64,000 nt of DNA. It comes from Andalucia godoyi And28 (Eukaryota; Protista; Jakobida). The number at the start of each line of letters is the position of its first letter. Position 1 is the stretch's first letter. The translations under genes and the position numbers were made by a program. Below, piece by piece: positions 30,933 through 43,010 of this stretch. The notes beneath the pieces are model-generated. The model had not been told where the DNA came from and did no database searches. It saw only the letters and a program-made list of their open reading frames with translations. The stretch lies in NCBI GenBank assembly GCA_009859145.1, contig VRVR01000061.1:62001-126000 (forward strand), given 5' to 3'.

Positions 30933-33868
30933 CAGAATGCACAAAGACTGCCAATCGCGGACTGTGTTGCTCTCTCGGTTCGGACTTCTGAGAAGTGCAA
31001 CTTCGCAAGCTGCCCGTACCGGCAGCAGCTTTTTGAACTGTTCTTATTGTGTTTTATTTCGTTTTCATCGTTTGGACAAGATGGTTTGAAAACCCTAGCG
31101 CGCGAAGGGGGGTTTTCCCCCATCCGGTTAGAACTAAATAAAAATGAGGGCTCCCTCTCTTCCACGATTTCGCGGTTTAGTTGTTTCTTATTATTTTCGC
31201 TTTGATTTGGGTTATTCGTTGTCGTCCACAATTTGTTGAAAGCTGCAGTGTATCCGTACTCCGTTTTTCCAGCAACTCTGCAAATAGCGCCCAACTTTCA
31301 CGAGCTTTATGCGCGAACGATGATGCCGTATATTGCTCCAGAAGATTGAAATGTCTAACACGGTGTGTCGTGGCCAACGCCGAACTGCCCCAGCAGCCAG
31401 TTTTTCAATTTTTTTATTTGGCATATTTGGCGTATCTGGCAAATCTGGCAAAAAGTGTTTGGTCCAAAGAAAAGTCTTTCTTCTGACTTCCCCGGCCAGT
31501 TTTCCAGCGACGGTCTTCCCACCATGGTGCCCCCGCATTGATCACGCAGCAATGGTTGTCGAACTTTGGGTTTCCTGGTAACGTATTCAGCGATAGTACT
31601 TTCGCTGTTTGAGAGCAAGGCCTATTCCGTCCAAGAACGGAATTTTGGAGAAGGTTTTCTGCATCGAGGTCGCCAACGTATGATCGTGGATGTCCATTCT
31701 CGGCCGGCTGTCTCTTCCGCTATATGTGGAATTAGTCGAGCGCATATCCGCAGAGCATGTGCGACCTTATGAACTGCGCATTTTGAAACTATTTCTTGGC
31801 AACTGAGTCTTCTTTGGTCATAAATACTCGAATTGTATTCAAGCAATGAGTAAACATCCGCCTTATTGGCTTGCCGGAATGGACGTTGATTCTAAGCTTG
31901 ACGTTATTTGACCAACACGCATTGCGCACCACAATACTTCGTATGAACATGTGATTCATGAAGTACTGAAATAATTTCCAGTCCACACAGAAACGACACC
32001 AAATTGCGTAATGCCTTCCGTACACAAGAGACCAGAAAATGAAGTGTAGCTGTGCCGCGGAATGGCAGATGCATCGACGACGAATATCTGAACGTTATCT
32101 AGCATGCTGGTTCGAGTATCTGCGTTCGCTCTGCTACGTAAATTCAACAAACGTCGTCAACCGCGGTCGCCGGAAAAAACAGGCTGTTGTAGTGTTAATC
32201 CGTTATTTCTGACGCGGCAAACGGCAGAGAACATAGTGAACTGTCTACCATTTCAAAAGAGCCATGCAGAGAAATCCCCCCGTGAGATGGAGTTCTTCTC
32301 TTTCGCAATTCCTGTTTCGGTTTGCAGAGCAAGAGATGTTGAGCGACATTGGAAAAACACGACAAGTTCGTCGGTTTTCTTGATCTTTGTTGCATATTAG
32401 ACAGTTTTACAGAAACGTTGTCAAGCTCGCGTTTTTGAGCACACGTCCGACGCTCGGTTCCACGTAACCAAGCCTAGTCCTTCGGTGCCACGGGAACCCC
32501 TGGTGCACCCTTTGGTGTCCGTGAAACGTGTCGGGTGGGAGCGGGAAAAGGCGGTAGAGGTGGGGTTTTTTGTTCAGTGAGTGTAGTAAAACTAATCTTA
32601 TTATTGTTGCGATAAAGAGTAACAAATGCAGACTGCGTTGCAGAACAAATCCATAATCTTCGTATTAGAAGCTAGAATATTAGCACATCGTGTATGTTCT
32701 GCCGCTTTGAAGAGGGTCTTTCAATGTGGATTTGTTTGCGCGCAGTGCCACCTCGATGCTGCCCATACCCCTATCCTCCCACAACCAAACTCCTATGGAT
32801 TGTCCATCTTGTCGCTTCTTGTGGTGATCGAAAGGACTTTTTCTCGAATTCATTCAGTCCCAATCGCGCCGATCCTTCAAATGATTGCGGTATTTGAACG
32901 GATAGTTTGGGGATCAAGAGGAAGGCACACCGTGGAAGGAGATCGTTCAATTTGTTGTGCATGGTTTGCAATGGCGTGGCAACGCGTGTTCGCTGGCCTC
33001 AGCATCAACATTTTGAGCCATTCGGAGCGATGAATTTCTTCCGGTTGTGATGGCGCCCTCTAGTATTTGACGAGCATGATTTGTAGTGATGATTGAACGG
33101 GAGCTCATCCCGCACAATCTATTCTCAAGTTGCACAGAGTGAGCTGCCAAGTATTGGTAAAAAAACGTGCTGCAACGATTGTCTGGGATCTTAAATGGAA
33201 AGAGGAGACTTGGAAGGATGTACACTCAGCTGCAGACCTCTTGTTGCACGAGACTTTGCGTGAAATTCCTTTCTGAACAACTTGTTTTCAGGCTGAAGGA
33301 GCATTGAAATTGCGATGGATTCTGCTCGAGGCCTGCTGACTTTTGGTTGGGATGCCCGATGTTCGCAAAACGACATTCCCAACTCCTTTTATCAAACTGT
33401 ACACCATAATACAAACAAACCAGAACTGTACGAGGAGCTATCACCAACATTCAACAGGTCTTTTTCCCCGTCTGTGTGTTCGCTACATCGTTTGTCGTTG
33501 GAATTCACAGTGTCCACGCCACGTTCGAGTCGTCGGAGATGGGCACGGTTGACGCTTGCTTTTCGCCTTCGAGTTCGGTTCTGATACAGAAGTTTGTTCA
33601 CATTTTAAGACTGCTTTCACAAACAAACGACCATCGCGCAAACAATCAATTTTACCAGGAAAACAAGTCTTGGGACGCAGTTTGCCAGGAACTGGGGCCC
33701 TCACACGTCCCCACTTGACTGGAGAATCAACTCAACCCCGTCACAATCCGTCAGGAAATCCGTCACAACAGTCCGTTCAGACGGGACTCACGCAACCACA
33801 TATCCCAAAACTGTTCCTCCAATCGTCCTAAATTTCTTTCGTTTTAATTAAATACTCTGCAAAAAGAA

Positions 33869-36800
33869 ATGCATACCACTGACTTTTGGACGTCTGTCCC
33901 GTATACTTTGCCGGTCATTGCGATCGCCGGAGAAGTTTTGACCGGCAAGTCCACGCTTCTCAATGCTCTTTTCGCGAATCCGCTGTCGGATATGAAGATG
34001 CGCAGCACAACGATGGGCGCCCGTCATGCACCGTGAAGACAGATCCACCCATTTCCTGCCAGCGGATCTTGAAAACATTTATGCTGCAGTTCCGCGTTCC
34101 GCCGATTTATAATTTCGAGGGTCACTGTACCGACGCCGGCTCGAGCGCCGACCCAGAATATTCGTTCATCGATCTTCCGGGGCTTAATGACCGCGAGACG
34201 GATGCCCAGGTCCGCGAGTGGATGCGTTCGTCGTTCATGCATTTCAATTGCGTCGTTTTCCTCACGGACTTGTTCAACCGGAATTCGGAGCGGCTCTTGC
34301 TTGAAGAGATTCTGCAGTTGATTCGCGACGTGGAAGACAAGTACGGCAAGCATCGCGGTGGTGTGTGTCTTGAGCAAGTTCGACGACGACTCCGAGGAGC
34401 GCATGGAACTGTTTGCGGAAGTTGAGCGCTCCATGCGGTCCATGGTCGCCGACTGGGACGAGCGGGTTGAGAACAACCTTCTTCGATTCGTTCGTCTCAG
34501 TGCGCAGAAAGCGTATCTCGTGCGGACGGCGCAGTGTCGACCTTCCAGCGTCCTGCAGATGACGCACAGAGCTTCGAAGCCGGTTGGGTGGCGCTGATGG
34601 GGAGGAGTTGCTGCGTGCGTCGTACTGGTCGGAGTTTGCGTCTGCATTCCACGATGTCCTGTTGGCACCGCTCATGCGTGTCTTGGGAGACGGTATTGTG
34701 TCGATTGTGCGCTCTTTTGAGACGTCCCTGTCGTCTGTGGCAAAGGATGATACCGCAGCGTGTCGCGCAAAGTGGGATGCACTCTGGACCAAGGTGGTGG
34801 ATGCGCTGCAATCGGTGACTCGATTGGACCCCAACTTTTGTGCCCCTGCATGCCCGCTTGCCGATTTGTTTTCCAAGTGGGCTCGATCGTGCATGATGTG
34901 CGCGCAAGATCTCGATTCCGTCCACAATGTTCTTGCTGAATTGTGGCCATTCCTATCGTCGTCGCACAAGGACGCGATTGTGACATTCCTGAAGCTTGAC
35001 GTGCACCAAACGTGCACACGGCTCTTGGTCGAATCGCCCGTGGACACCGCACGCACGTGTTTCCTGCATGTCGCGCATTTCTGGCGCGCGGTTTCGTCTG
35101 TCGTTTCTGTCGACATGGCGCTGGCTACAGACCTCTTTCCGGAATCGCTGCTGATGTGGGTCCGGAAAGTCACTTCCAAGCAGTTTGCCGCTGCGTGGTT
35201 TGACCACGGGCTTGAAGACGTATGCCTCGAATGGTCGTCGGCGTTCTTGCCGCACGATCGCATCCAAATATCCATGCTGAAGATCCAGCAACTGTCGCTG
35301 CGCACGGACTTCGTTCTCAGTCTCAAGAAATTCTTGCACATGCACCCCGCGCTCCTTGCCACCCACGACCATTTCCTGGCGGCCATGGAACTAGCGGTTC
35401 GACAGGAAGGGCCCGTTGTGGAACTTATCCGTTTTCCAATTTCAATCGAAACTCTTACAATGGGAAATGCAATTTCTCGAAACAAGCGCCGGCGAGTTTC
35501 CTAATGCCGTTGATCGCTCGACCGGATCTGCAGTCGTGATTCCAGACCCATCCTCACACGAACTCTCGGAGTTACGACTCCGACGTGATCGTTTGGAACG
35601 GAACAATCCCCCAACATCCGTTTATTTGGAGTATTTTCCTGTATTTCTCACGAAAGAACTGTTGACTCAAGATCGTCTCTTGCTTCAGAAAATCGCTGCG
35701 GATGTCGGTCAGTCATCAGAAATGCAAAAACAATATTTGGATTACGTTCTTGCCTCCCACTACAACTCTGCACTTGCGATCGTAGCGGCCAATGCCATCA
35801 GTGTCCTGAATTGCCTTCCAACGTTTTCCTTCAGCGGTCTGGACTTGCATGGTATTCGAGTCCCTCGAGCTGATCTTTCGGGTGCACTATTGTATTCTGT
35901 TGACTTCACAGGAGCGGATTTAAGTGGTGTTTCGTTTCTTTCTTCATGTTTAGGACAGGCGAATTTGCGAAATGCTAATCTCGAGAATGCCGAATTTGCA
36001 GATACGCTGTTCAAGATTCAGAACTAACTTCGCCATGAGCATGGATGGGAGGCTGATGATTGCGGGCGGTTATGACAATCTCGTGAAGGTCTGCATTGCG
36101 ACGGCGGGTGAAAGTGTGCGCAAGTTGGAAGGACATTCGCGCTATGTGAGCAGTGTCGCAATCAGCTCCGACATGGCATGCATCTTTTCAGGCAGTGATG
36201 ACAAAACTGTTCGAATCTGGTGCGCTAAAACTTACGAATGCCTTCGGGTATTGACAGAGCATGATCATTACGTAACATGCCTGGTGGAGAGTGCGGATAA
36301 TCAGTTGGTTTATTCCGGTAGCTATGACGCAACTGTTCGGATATGGGTTTCACGAAGTGGTGAATGTCTTTTTGTATTGCGAGGTCATACGTCCCCAGTA
36401 ACGACTGTTGCTGTGAGTCCAGATGCGCTATCTGTTTACTCAGGAAGCAAAGATCACACAGTTCGAATGTGGTGTGGGGAAGACCGGGGTGTTCATACGA
36501 ATGTTTGAAGGGCATACGAATGAAGTGACCACAATTGTGGTATCTCTAGACGGGATGCATATGTTTCCCGCTAGCAGCGACAAAACGGTGCGTATTTGGA
36601 ATCCCAAAACTGGTGCGTGTGTACGAATACTCACAGGACACACGAGTCCTGTGACGAGTATTGCGTTGAGTGCCGACGGCAAACTTGTCTATACGGGAGG
36701 CTATGAAAGTACGGTACGTGGGTGGAGCAGAGCCACAGGTGAACGTGTCCGTTTGGTGGACGATCAAATAAGCAGTTCAAGTGTCACTTTGAAATCTGAT

Positions 36801-37159
36801 GGAAAATATTTGCGGTCCCACTACAGGACATGGCATCCTCAAACTACGGAGTGTGTGCCAGTGTTGAAAGGATCCGCGAATTCAGTGAGTGTCGTGTCCT
36901 CCAAGGGCATGAGAATGGTGTTCGCAGTGTTGCAATGAGTGTTGACGGAGAATACATTTTCTCAGGCGGGGACGATGGTACTGTGCGTGTGTGGCTTGCG
37001 AAGAATGGTGATTCACTGGAGATTCAGCATGTGAAATCTCAGTACCCTGCCTCCATACGAAGTGCACCAACTGTTGGAGCCTTTACTGAAGAGCGTAGTA
37101 TATACATTCGATGCAAGGCTGCGCGCCAGATGCTGACGTGGGGCCACTACGATTCGTAG
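33869..37159 (+). pseudogene. Frameshifted dynamin-like GTPase + helical region + pentapeptide repeats + WD40 repeats
   Basis: G1 GEVLTGKST and RSTT (33869 frame), G3 DLPG (33886 ORF), G4 SKFD (34358 ORF), AANAISVL + pentapeptide repeats (35416 ORF), and at least 6 GH..WD-type repeats (35972, 36423 and 36830 ORFs). About 7 frame breaks or stops. Confidence 0.8.
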
Positions 37160-37453
37160 GACTGATTGTCATGCAGCGTTGCAATGGATGCAGTATATCG
37201 CAGGCGGTAGTAGTGGCGTCCGTGGAAGTTGCGCTCATTGCTGGGGAGCGCCGAACAACGCACAGACACAAATGCATCTCGTCACTCGCGAGTCGTGTAC
37301 CAGGCGCTCCATTCCATGTTACTGTAAGAAAGTTCATTCAGTACACATGCTTCATAAAAAATTACATTCAAGCACACAGATCTCCAAGCGTTCAATTCAG
37401 TTCCAACTCCTAACTCCAAAGCAAGGCAAGCCACTCCATCCCCGTCGCCGTCA

Positions 37454-38077
37454 TCATCTCTTTGGGCTGGATGACTGTTGTTGCACCAGATTATTGATGG
37501 TGCTGCTGCTGTTGTTGTTGTTGTTCATCGGCGGCTGAATGGACTGCGAAAGGCGAGTTGCCAATCCCTCGATTTCATTATCAATCTCGTCGATCTCAAG
37601 TCCCAGCAGTTGCTCCTCTTCTCGTGCATCCAGCAACTCGAGTGCCTCTTTCAAATCGTGTTTAACCTCTGTAATTTGCTCTCGAAGCTGGACGTTTTCG
37701 CGAAACAGGGCGTCTCTGTCAGATTTCAAGGCTTCTATCTGAGTTTGTGCAGCCGCAAGCACCGACTCGAGATCTTCAATTCTTTCTTGTGCACCTCGCG
37801 AGTGCTCTCTCGCCTTTTCAATCACGGATCGGTACTTTGGAATGACACTCGACTTTAATCTCTCATACTCGTGTTTGTAATCGATTGCACCATGCAGCGT
37901 ATGAACCGATAGCTCGGCAAGAGTGTCGTGTTGACTCTGGACCTGACTCTGACTCTGACTCTGACTCTGAACCTGACACTGACACTGCATGTGGGGATGG
38001 CTGCAAGTACTGCGATGAGTTCTCGGCACAGGCCGAACTGTGCCGCTCTTTGCCGGCGCCGTTTTCTGACTACTCAT
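37454..38077 (-). CDS. Hypothetical coiled-coil protein
   Basis: ATG at 38077; SQ repeat followed by a heptad-rich region. Confidence 0.7.
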   Translation of the reverse strand: MSSQKTAPAKSGTVRPVPRTHRSTCSHPHMQCQCQVQSQSQSQSQVQSQHDTLAELSVHTLHGAIDYKHEYERLKSSVIPKYRSVIEKAREHSRGAQERIEDLESVLAAAQTQIEALKSDRDALFRENVQLREQITEVKHDLKEALELLDAREEEQLLGLEIDEIDNEIEGLATRLSQSIQPPMNNNNNSSSTINNLVQQQSSSPKR

Positions 38078-38640
38078 GGTTCGCAATGCAATCCCCTGCG
38101 ACTTACTTTACCGACACACAGAAACACTCCCCCCGCCACCGTTTGTCTGACAGAGTGAAGAAGAACTCGCCGAGGGAATGGCTGAACGCGCCAAAATGAT
38201 CTTCAGGCTCGTTTCGTCTTTGCTGCACATGCATCACTTGATACACAGATTTCCCGCCAAAGCAGCTTTGCGAACGTCCTTGTACGTTCGAGTGCATACA
38301 ATAAACCATTCGAATTAAGGGTTTCCAGCAGTTTCGAGTCCACTGTTTGCTCGAGGAGGCAAGTATGGATTGGTTCCAGCAGGCAAATAGAAAGAACACA
38401 AAATGCAGAGATCGTGAAGCCTGCACCTTTCCCGTTCCTTTTTTAGTTACATCCTCCTTTCTCTCTCTCTCTCTTCCTCTCTCTAGAACATCTTCAGCAT
38501 TACATACACTTCAATTCCTTTTCCAGCAACACCCCCTTCTCCACCATATCTGGATTTAGTTACCAAGTCATTCACTGCTTAAAAGAATACCTTCATTTCG
38601 CATTTATCGAATCTCTGCTCTCGCGCGTACTTTCTCAACC

Positions 38641-39552
38641 ATGTTCCGACGCTCTCTGCTGCCGATTGTCAAGCTCTCGCCGTTCCAAGCGGGCAACCGT
38701 TTCCTGTGGAATGCGCCCGGTTCGCTGCAACCGTTCCAGCGGGCTTTTGCGTCGACGACGACAACGCGGTATGACAAAGGCAAGGAGGAACAGGCATTCC
38801 AGCACTGGCAAGGAGCGAAGAAGGACGTGAACTCTGCAAAAGAGAATGTCAAGGAGGCTGCTGCAAACATCGCGGACGATTTGAAGGAAAAATCCAAGCA
38901 AAACTTCGACACCACCCGTGGAGACAACGACATCCGTGCAGGCAAGTTCAATCAGGCCAAGGACAACTGGGATGATGTCCGCGAAGACGCAACCCGTGCG
39001 GCGCATCAGGTGAAGCGCAAGGTCTCCAACGCAAATGACAAGGCAACTGACGCAGCGCAGGATATCAAATCCGCTGCCTCTGCGACTGCCGAAAACGTCA
39101 AGCAAAGCGCCGCGGGGGCATTTGACAATGCGAAAGACGCTGCCTCGAATGTAGCCCAGAAGGCAAAGCAAAAGGCAGAAAACGTCGCGGAAGCTGCAGC
39201 GGATATCGCGGAACGTGCCACGGACAAGGCACAGGGAACTGTGGATGCCGCAAAGACCATGGCGGCTCGCGCAGCGGACAAAGCTGCTGATGTCAAGGAA
39301 GACGTGAAAGAACGCGTTGCAGACGCAAAGGATTCAGTAGTTGGTGCTGTGCAAAATGTTGCTGCGAACGTATACGAAGCTGTCAACCACGGAGTTCCGC
39401 GCACCACGAAAAAGGCCATCAAGCAAGGTGCGGAAGTTGTAGAGCGCGTTGCTGAGCGCGTTAAGGAGGCTGTGGACAAGAGCAGCGACAGCGGTCCAGG
39501 AATCCTCGATCGCGCAAAGGATACTATTTCCGGCATGTTCCGCAAACCGTAA
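38641..39552 (+). CDS. LEA (group 3/4)-like hydrophilic protein with a probable mitochondrial presequence
   Basis: Arg/Ser/Leu-rich, acid-free N-terminus followed by A/K/D/E-rich 11-mer-like repeats (AKDAASNVAQK). Confidence 0.75.
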   Translation: MFRRSLLPIVKLSPFQAGNRFLWNAPGSLQPFQRAFASTTTTRYDKGKEEQAFQHWQGAKKDVNSAKENVKEAAANIADDLKEKSKQNFDTTRGDNDIRAGKFNQAKDNWDDVREDATRAAHQVKRKVSNANDKATDAAQDIKSAASATAENVKQSAAGAFDNAKDAASNVAQKAKQKAENVAEAAADIAERATDKAQGTVDAAKTMAARAADKAADVKEDVKERVADAKDSVVGAVQNVAANVYEAVNHGVPRTTKKAIKQGAEVVERVAERVKEAVDKSSDSGPGILDRAKDTISGMFRKP

Positions 39553-39798
39553 GGTGTCAGGCGCAATGCGTAAGGCGTGTTTCTTTCAAAGGCATTTCTC
39601 ATGGCTGATTTAGTAAAGACCCTTCTCTTCACATACCACACATATTCATGTGATTTTATTGACCATTTTCATCGAAGGACAATTCTCTCTTTGTACAGTA
39701 CATTCGCAATGATTTTCAAAAAAATAATTAACCAAACAACCAACAAGCAAACAAACAAACAAACAAACACACACAAAAAAAACTCATCGAGTATACGT

Positions 39799-40230
39799 TC
39801 ATGAGCTCTCTTTTGCCATATTCGAGCTGAAAGTTGACAGCCCTGCTTTGTGTAGATCGAGTCGAAGCAGCGCAACAATCTCCACTAGCCGTCTTTCCCG
39901 TTCCCTCAGTGCCTCGTTTTCGTCTTCGAGTGAAGATACTCGGTCTCTGAGCTTGCGGATCGCACGATCGCGTTTTTCAAGCATTGCCGCTTCATCTTTC
40001 CGCGGAGCAGCAGCAGCGAGTGGGGCTGCATTCTCTATTGATACAGGTCCAAGAGACTCATTTGTTGTCCATTTCCCACCTTGGAAAGTAAGCTTTGGAC
40101 CACCGTCACCAAGCTGGATATCAATCGCATCATCGCAGGACGGAAGCGCATCCACATTCACAAGCACCTGGTTCGATGAAAGGCGACCGGCAAAGCCTCT
40201 CTTCTTCTTCACGATCTCGAATGACGACAT
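39799..40230 (-). CDS. Chibby-like ciliary/centriolar protein
   Basis: LGDGGPKLTFQGGKW followed by a coiled coil LEDENEALR matches the Chibby LxFxxGxW + LEEENNLLR pattern. Confidence 0.6.
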   Translation of the reverse strand: MSSFEIVKKKRGFAGRLSSNQVLVNVDALPSCDDAIDIQLGDGGPKLTFQGGKWTTNESLGPVSIENAAPLAAAAPRKDEAAMLEKRDRAIRKLRDRVSSLEDENEALRERERRLVEIVALLRLDLHKAGLSTFSSNMAKESS

Positions 40231-40548
40231 TTATTCTTCTCGTCTTCTTTCTTCCTGTTTTTGTGTGTGCAACAAGGCGAAATTGCTGCTTGTTGGGAGC
40301 TGCGTCAAAAGAACAATTTATAATCTGACGAAAAACAAAAATGAAAACACCGCAGCAGAACCGCGGATTCCAGGAATCCCTTTGTCCCTGATTAGCCCGA
40401 ATCTGATTCAACGGTTGACACCTTTGCGTATCACCGTTGAAACATCTGTCAATACGATTTTCCTACCGTAGTCAAGTCCAGATTTTCTTCATTCTTCGCT
40501 TTTTGTTTCTCCTTTGAATTATTTTCGATTTGTCTGATTTTTTATAAT

Positions 40549-40903
40549 CGAACCCTCAAGCAGCACCTTTCATCAGAGACAAAACACGTCTCATGGCTTC
40601 ATAGAGGGGAACTTCCCGACAAAACCAAACTGGCCATGCCCAAAGATGCCGAGAACCAAGAAACGCGTTGATTCCCCTCTCGTCGCAACTTGCCGAGCAA
40701 GCTGATGATCATCAAATCACGGAGATGTGGTCGAGCGACGTTCAATTTTGAATGTTGAATCGAATAGGGGAGTATGTTGGTTGCGATGGCCCTTTGATGC
40801 AGAGCAATCTGCATTGAAGAGTTGGTGCTTGCCCTAAATTGGATCTGTCTTCGATGACAACTTACCCGATGATGACCAATAATGATGCCAATTTTGGTGA
40901 GCG
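40549..40903 (+). mobile_element. Family C copy 2, interrupted near its right end by family A copy 2
   Basis: Homologous to 10222..10629. Starts ATCG|AACCCTCAAGCAG and runs to TTTTGGTGAGCG. C homology (G-Y-TGC) resumes at 41352 on the far side of the A insertion. Confidence 0.65.
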
Positions 40904-41351
40904 CCTACATTGTACACTGAACATGCATATCTACAAATGGACATGCATATTCAGTCTTGCATCCCGTTGCCGGGAAGGGGATCGGCCCCAACACGCCTCA
41001 CGGCGCTCTTCAGATAAATGTTCCCGCGCTCCGTTCCCAATCTCGATCAATCGGTGAGCCACTTTCTCAGCGTGACACGTTGTTCCTGAGAAGGGTGCAT
41101 TTTGATTCTGACGGCCTTAGCAGCAGGCGCTTTCGTGTCCTCAGTTGCAGCGATTGATACAACGGGAGATACGAGAGGAAGAGGCGGTAGGCGCAGTGAC
41201 ACGTGGTCTCTTAGGAGGTCTGCGGGACCTAGGAGGCCCTGTATCACGAATTCCTGTGAAACAAACGTGCTGGTGTCGGCCACTGTTGACCGTGTCTGTT
41301 TGTGTATACTTCCCCGTATGCATGACAATGGGGTGTTATTATCGTTCATCG
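40902..41351 (-). mobile_element. Fanzor2 ghost, family A copy 2
   Basis: Near-identical to 6521..6968 in reverse orientation, with the same HTH-to-IDRD deletion joint. Right end TGTAGGCG at 40909-40902; left CCG at 41352-41350. Confidence 0.88.
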
Positions 41352-41555
41352 GCTGCCATTGCATCAACACTTATCATAGCAAGTTCTAGTTGATGCTAGC
41401 AGTGTTGCATCACATCAAACCCTTGAGAGCCGAAAATATAAATGGCCATTTTTGTTGTTGTACATTCTATTTGCGTGCATTTTTGTGTGCTTGTCGTTTT
41501 GGAGATCAGTCTTCAATTTTCCAACTCGCGATCGTTGCGGGTAACCAACCGGAAT

Positions 41556-41710
41556 ATGGAGAGCATTCGAAGGGTGATTCGGAAGAGGCCCGTGCTGTCT
41601 CTTGTCTTGATAGGAGTTGCCAGCTATGCTGTCGGTGTGCTGTCAGCCTCAAGTCGTCGTAGTCCATCGCAAGCCGCCGGACGAAGAAGCCTAAAGGAGT
41701 CTGCAGACAA

Positions 41711-41761
<51 letters not shown>

Positions 41762-42323
41762 CCACTCATCTAGCTCCAGTCCGTCTGGTTCCGAGGCTGC
41801 AACCGCTGCTGCGCTGGCCGCAGCTCCCGCGGTCTGCACTACGGCTGTTTCCGTCCCTTTCCCAAAGTCTCTGGTGGTCGACGCTGTCGTGAATGCAGTG
41901 CTGTTTCCATCAACGAAGCTGGGCGATTTGTTTTCCTTGGGAGCCCGACAGCGCATTGTGGTCCTGACGTGCTCTGTTCATGCTCCAGAGTTTGAAACTC
42001 TTCTGCATGCTCTGTTGCCACTTCCAGTGTCTTCACACGATTCCCAAGCTCCTCCTCCTCCTTCTTCTTCTTCTTCCTCCTCCTCCTCCTCCTCATCTTC
42101 GTCTATTGCTGCTGCTGGTAGTGGTGGATCTGTCCCGGTCCTTGTGGTTGTCCCAGACTCGGCATATGCAGTCTATGCACGAGGTGCACTGCTGAAGGGC
42201 CACAAGATCATTGCCGACATCACTGGGCAAGTTCGAAACGCTCTTGGAGTCCCCAAAAAGGCTACAGCTGCGGTGTTCACGGTTGCCGCAGACCACATCA
42301 CGGACATCCGCATCCACTTTTGA
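41556..42323 (+). CDS. Hypothetical protein with an N-terminal TM, poly-Ser tracts and a possible thioredoxin-like C-domain
   Basis: ATG at 41556; VLVVVPD...IIADITGQVRNALGV is reminiscent of redoxin folds, but there is no CxxC. Confidence 0.65.
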
Positions 42324-42577
42324 ATTTCCCTCAAGTTCTCTAGTCTGTAGCGTCCGGGACATATTAAAAAATCAACAACAAGACAAAACAAAACAAAACA
42401 AAACCGCTCGTGAAAAGACGACAACAAGCAAACGAAATGAGAGTTCGGATTTGTTCGCTTAGCAACCCAAGGTGCGGAGCTGTTTAGGTGGAATGCCCCA
42501 AATTGCTCAGACGCTAATTTTGGGACGCTATTTAAAGCAGCAGCCTCCTTTGTTTTTTTGTTTTTTCCTTTCCCACG

Positions 42578-43010
42578 CGATGTCAGTGTACGTGACACCC
42601 TGCCACGCTACGCAAGACGTATGACATTTCCGCCACAACTCCTTTGATGCTGGGCGCGCGTCTATTCCACAGCCGGGTGTCGTGCGGGAGGAGAGCCAAG
42701 TCCCACTCGACAAGAGGCGTGTGATTGCGGATACATCAGCAGATCTGCAACCTGACGACGGACATGCATCGCAAGCTTGCAGCAATCCATGCGAAGCTCG
42801 GAGGAAACACGGTGTTTGCATGTTCACAGCGTGCATACCGGAATGATCGCGATTGGAATGGTGCGTGCAACAACATTTATCTCAAGAAAGCCGGCAAGGC
42901 GTGTTGCGGCCTATCCCCCTCTTCCAGTCCATGGCGACATGGCCCGGGTTGCAGCATTTGATTACGCATGACTAGCAATGGTCATGCGTACTCAGTGGAC
43001 AATGTTGGCG
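42578..43010 (+). mobile_element. Fanzor2 ghost, family B (left end uncertain)
   Basis: ORF 42725 gives LRIHQQICNLTTDMHRKLA (post-RuvC-I helix) fused to IHAKLGGNTVFACSQRAYRNDRDWNGACNNIYLK (Zn-ribbon remnant + RuvC-III). Right end CAGTGGACAATGTTGGCG parallels family A CAGTGTACAATGTAGGCG. Confidence 0.8.

Noticed and set aside
34274-35485. 403-aa ORF on - strand
   Set aside because: No motifs; it lies opposite the + strand GTPase pseudogene, which has recognisable motifs.
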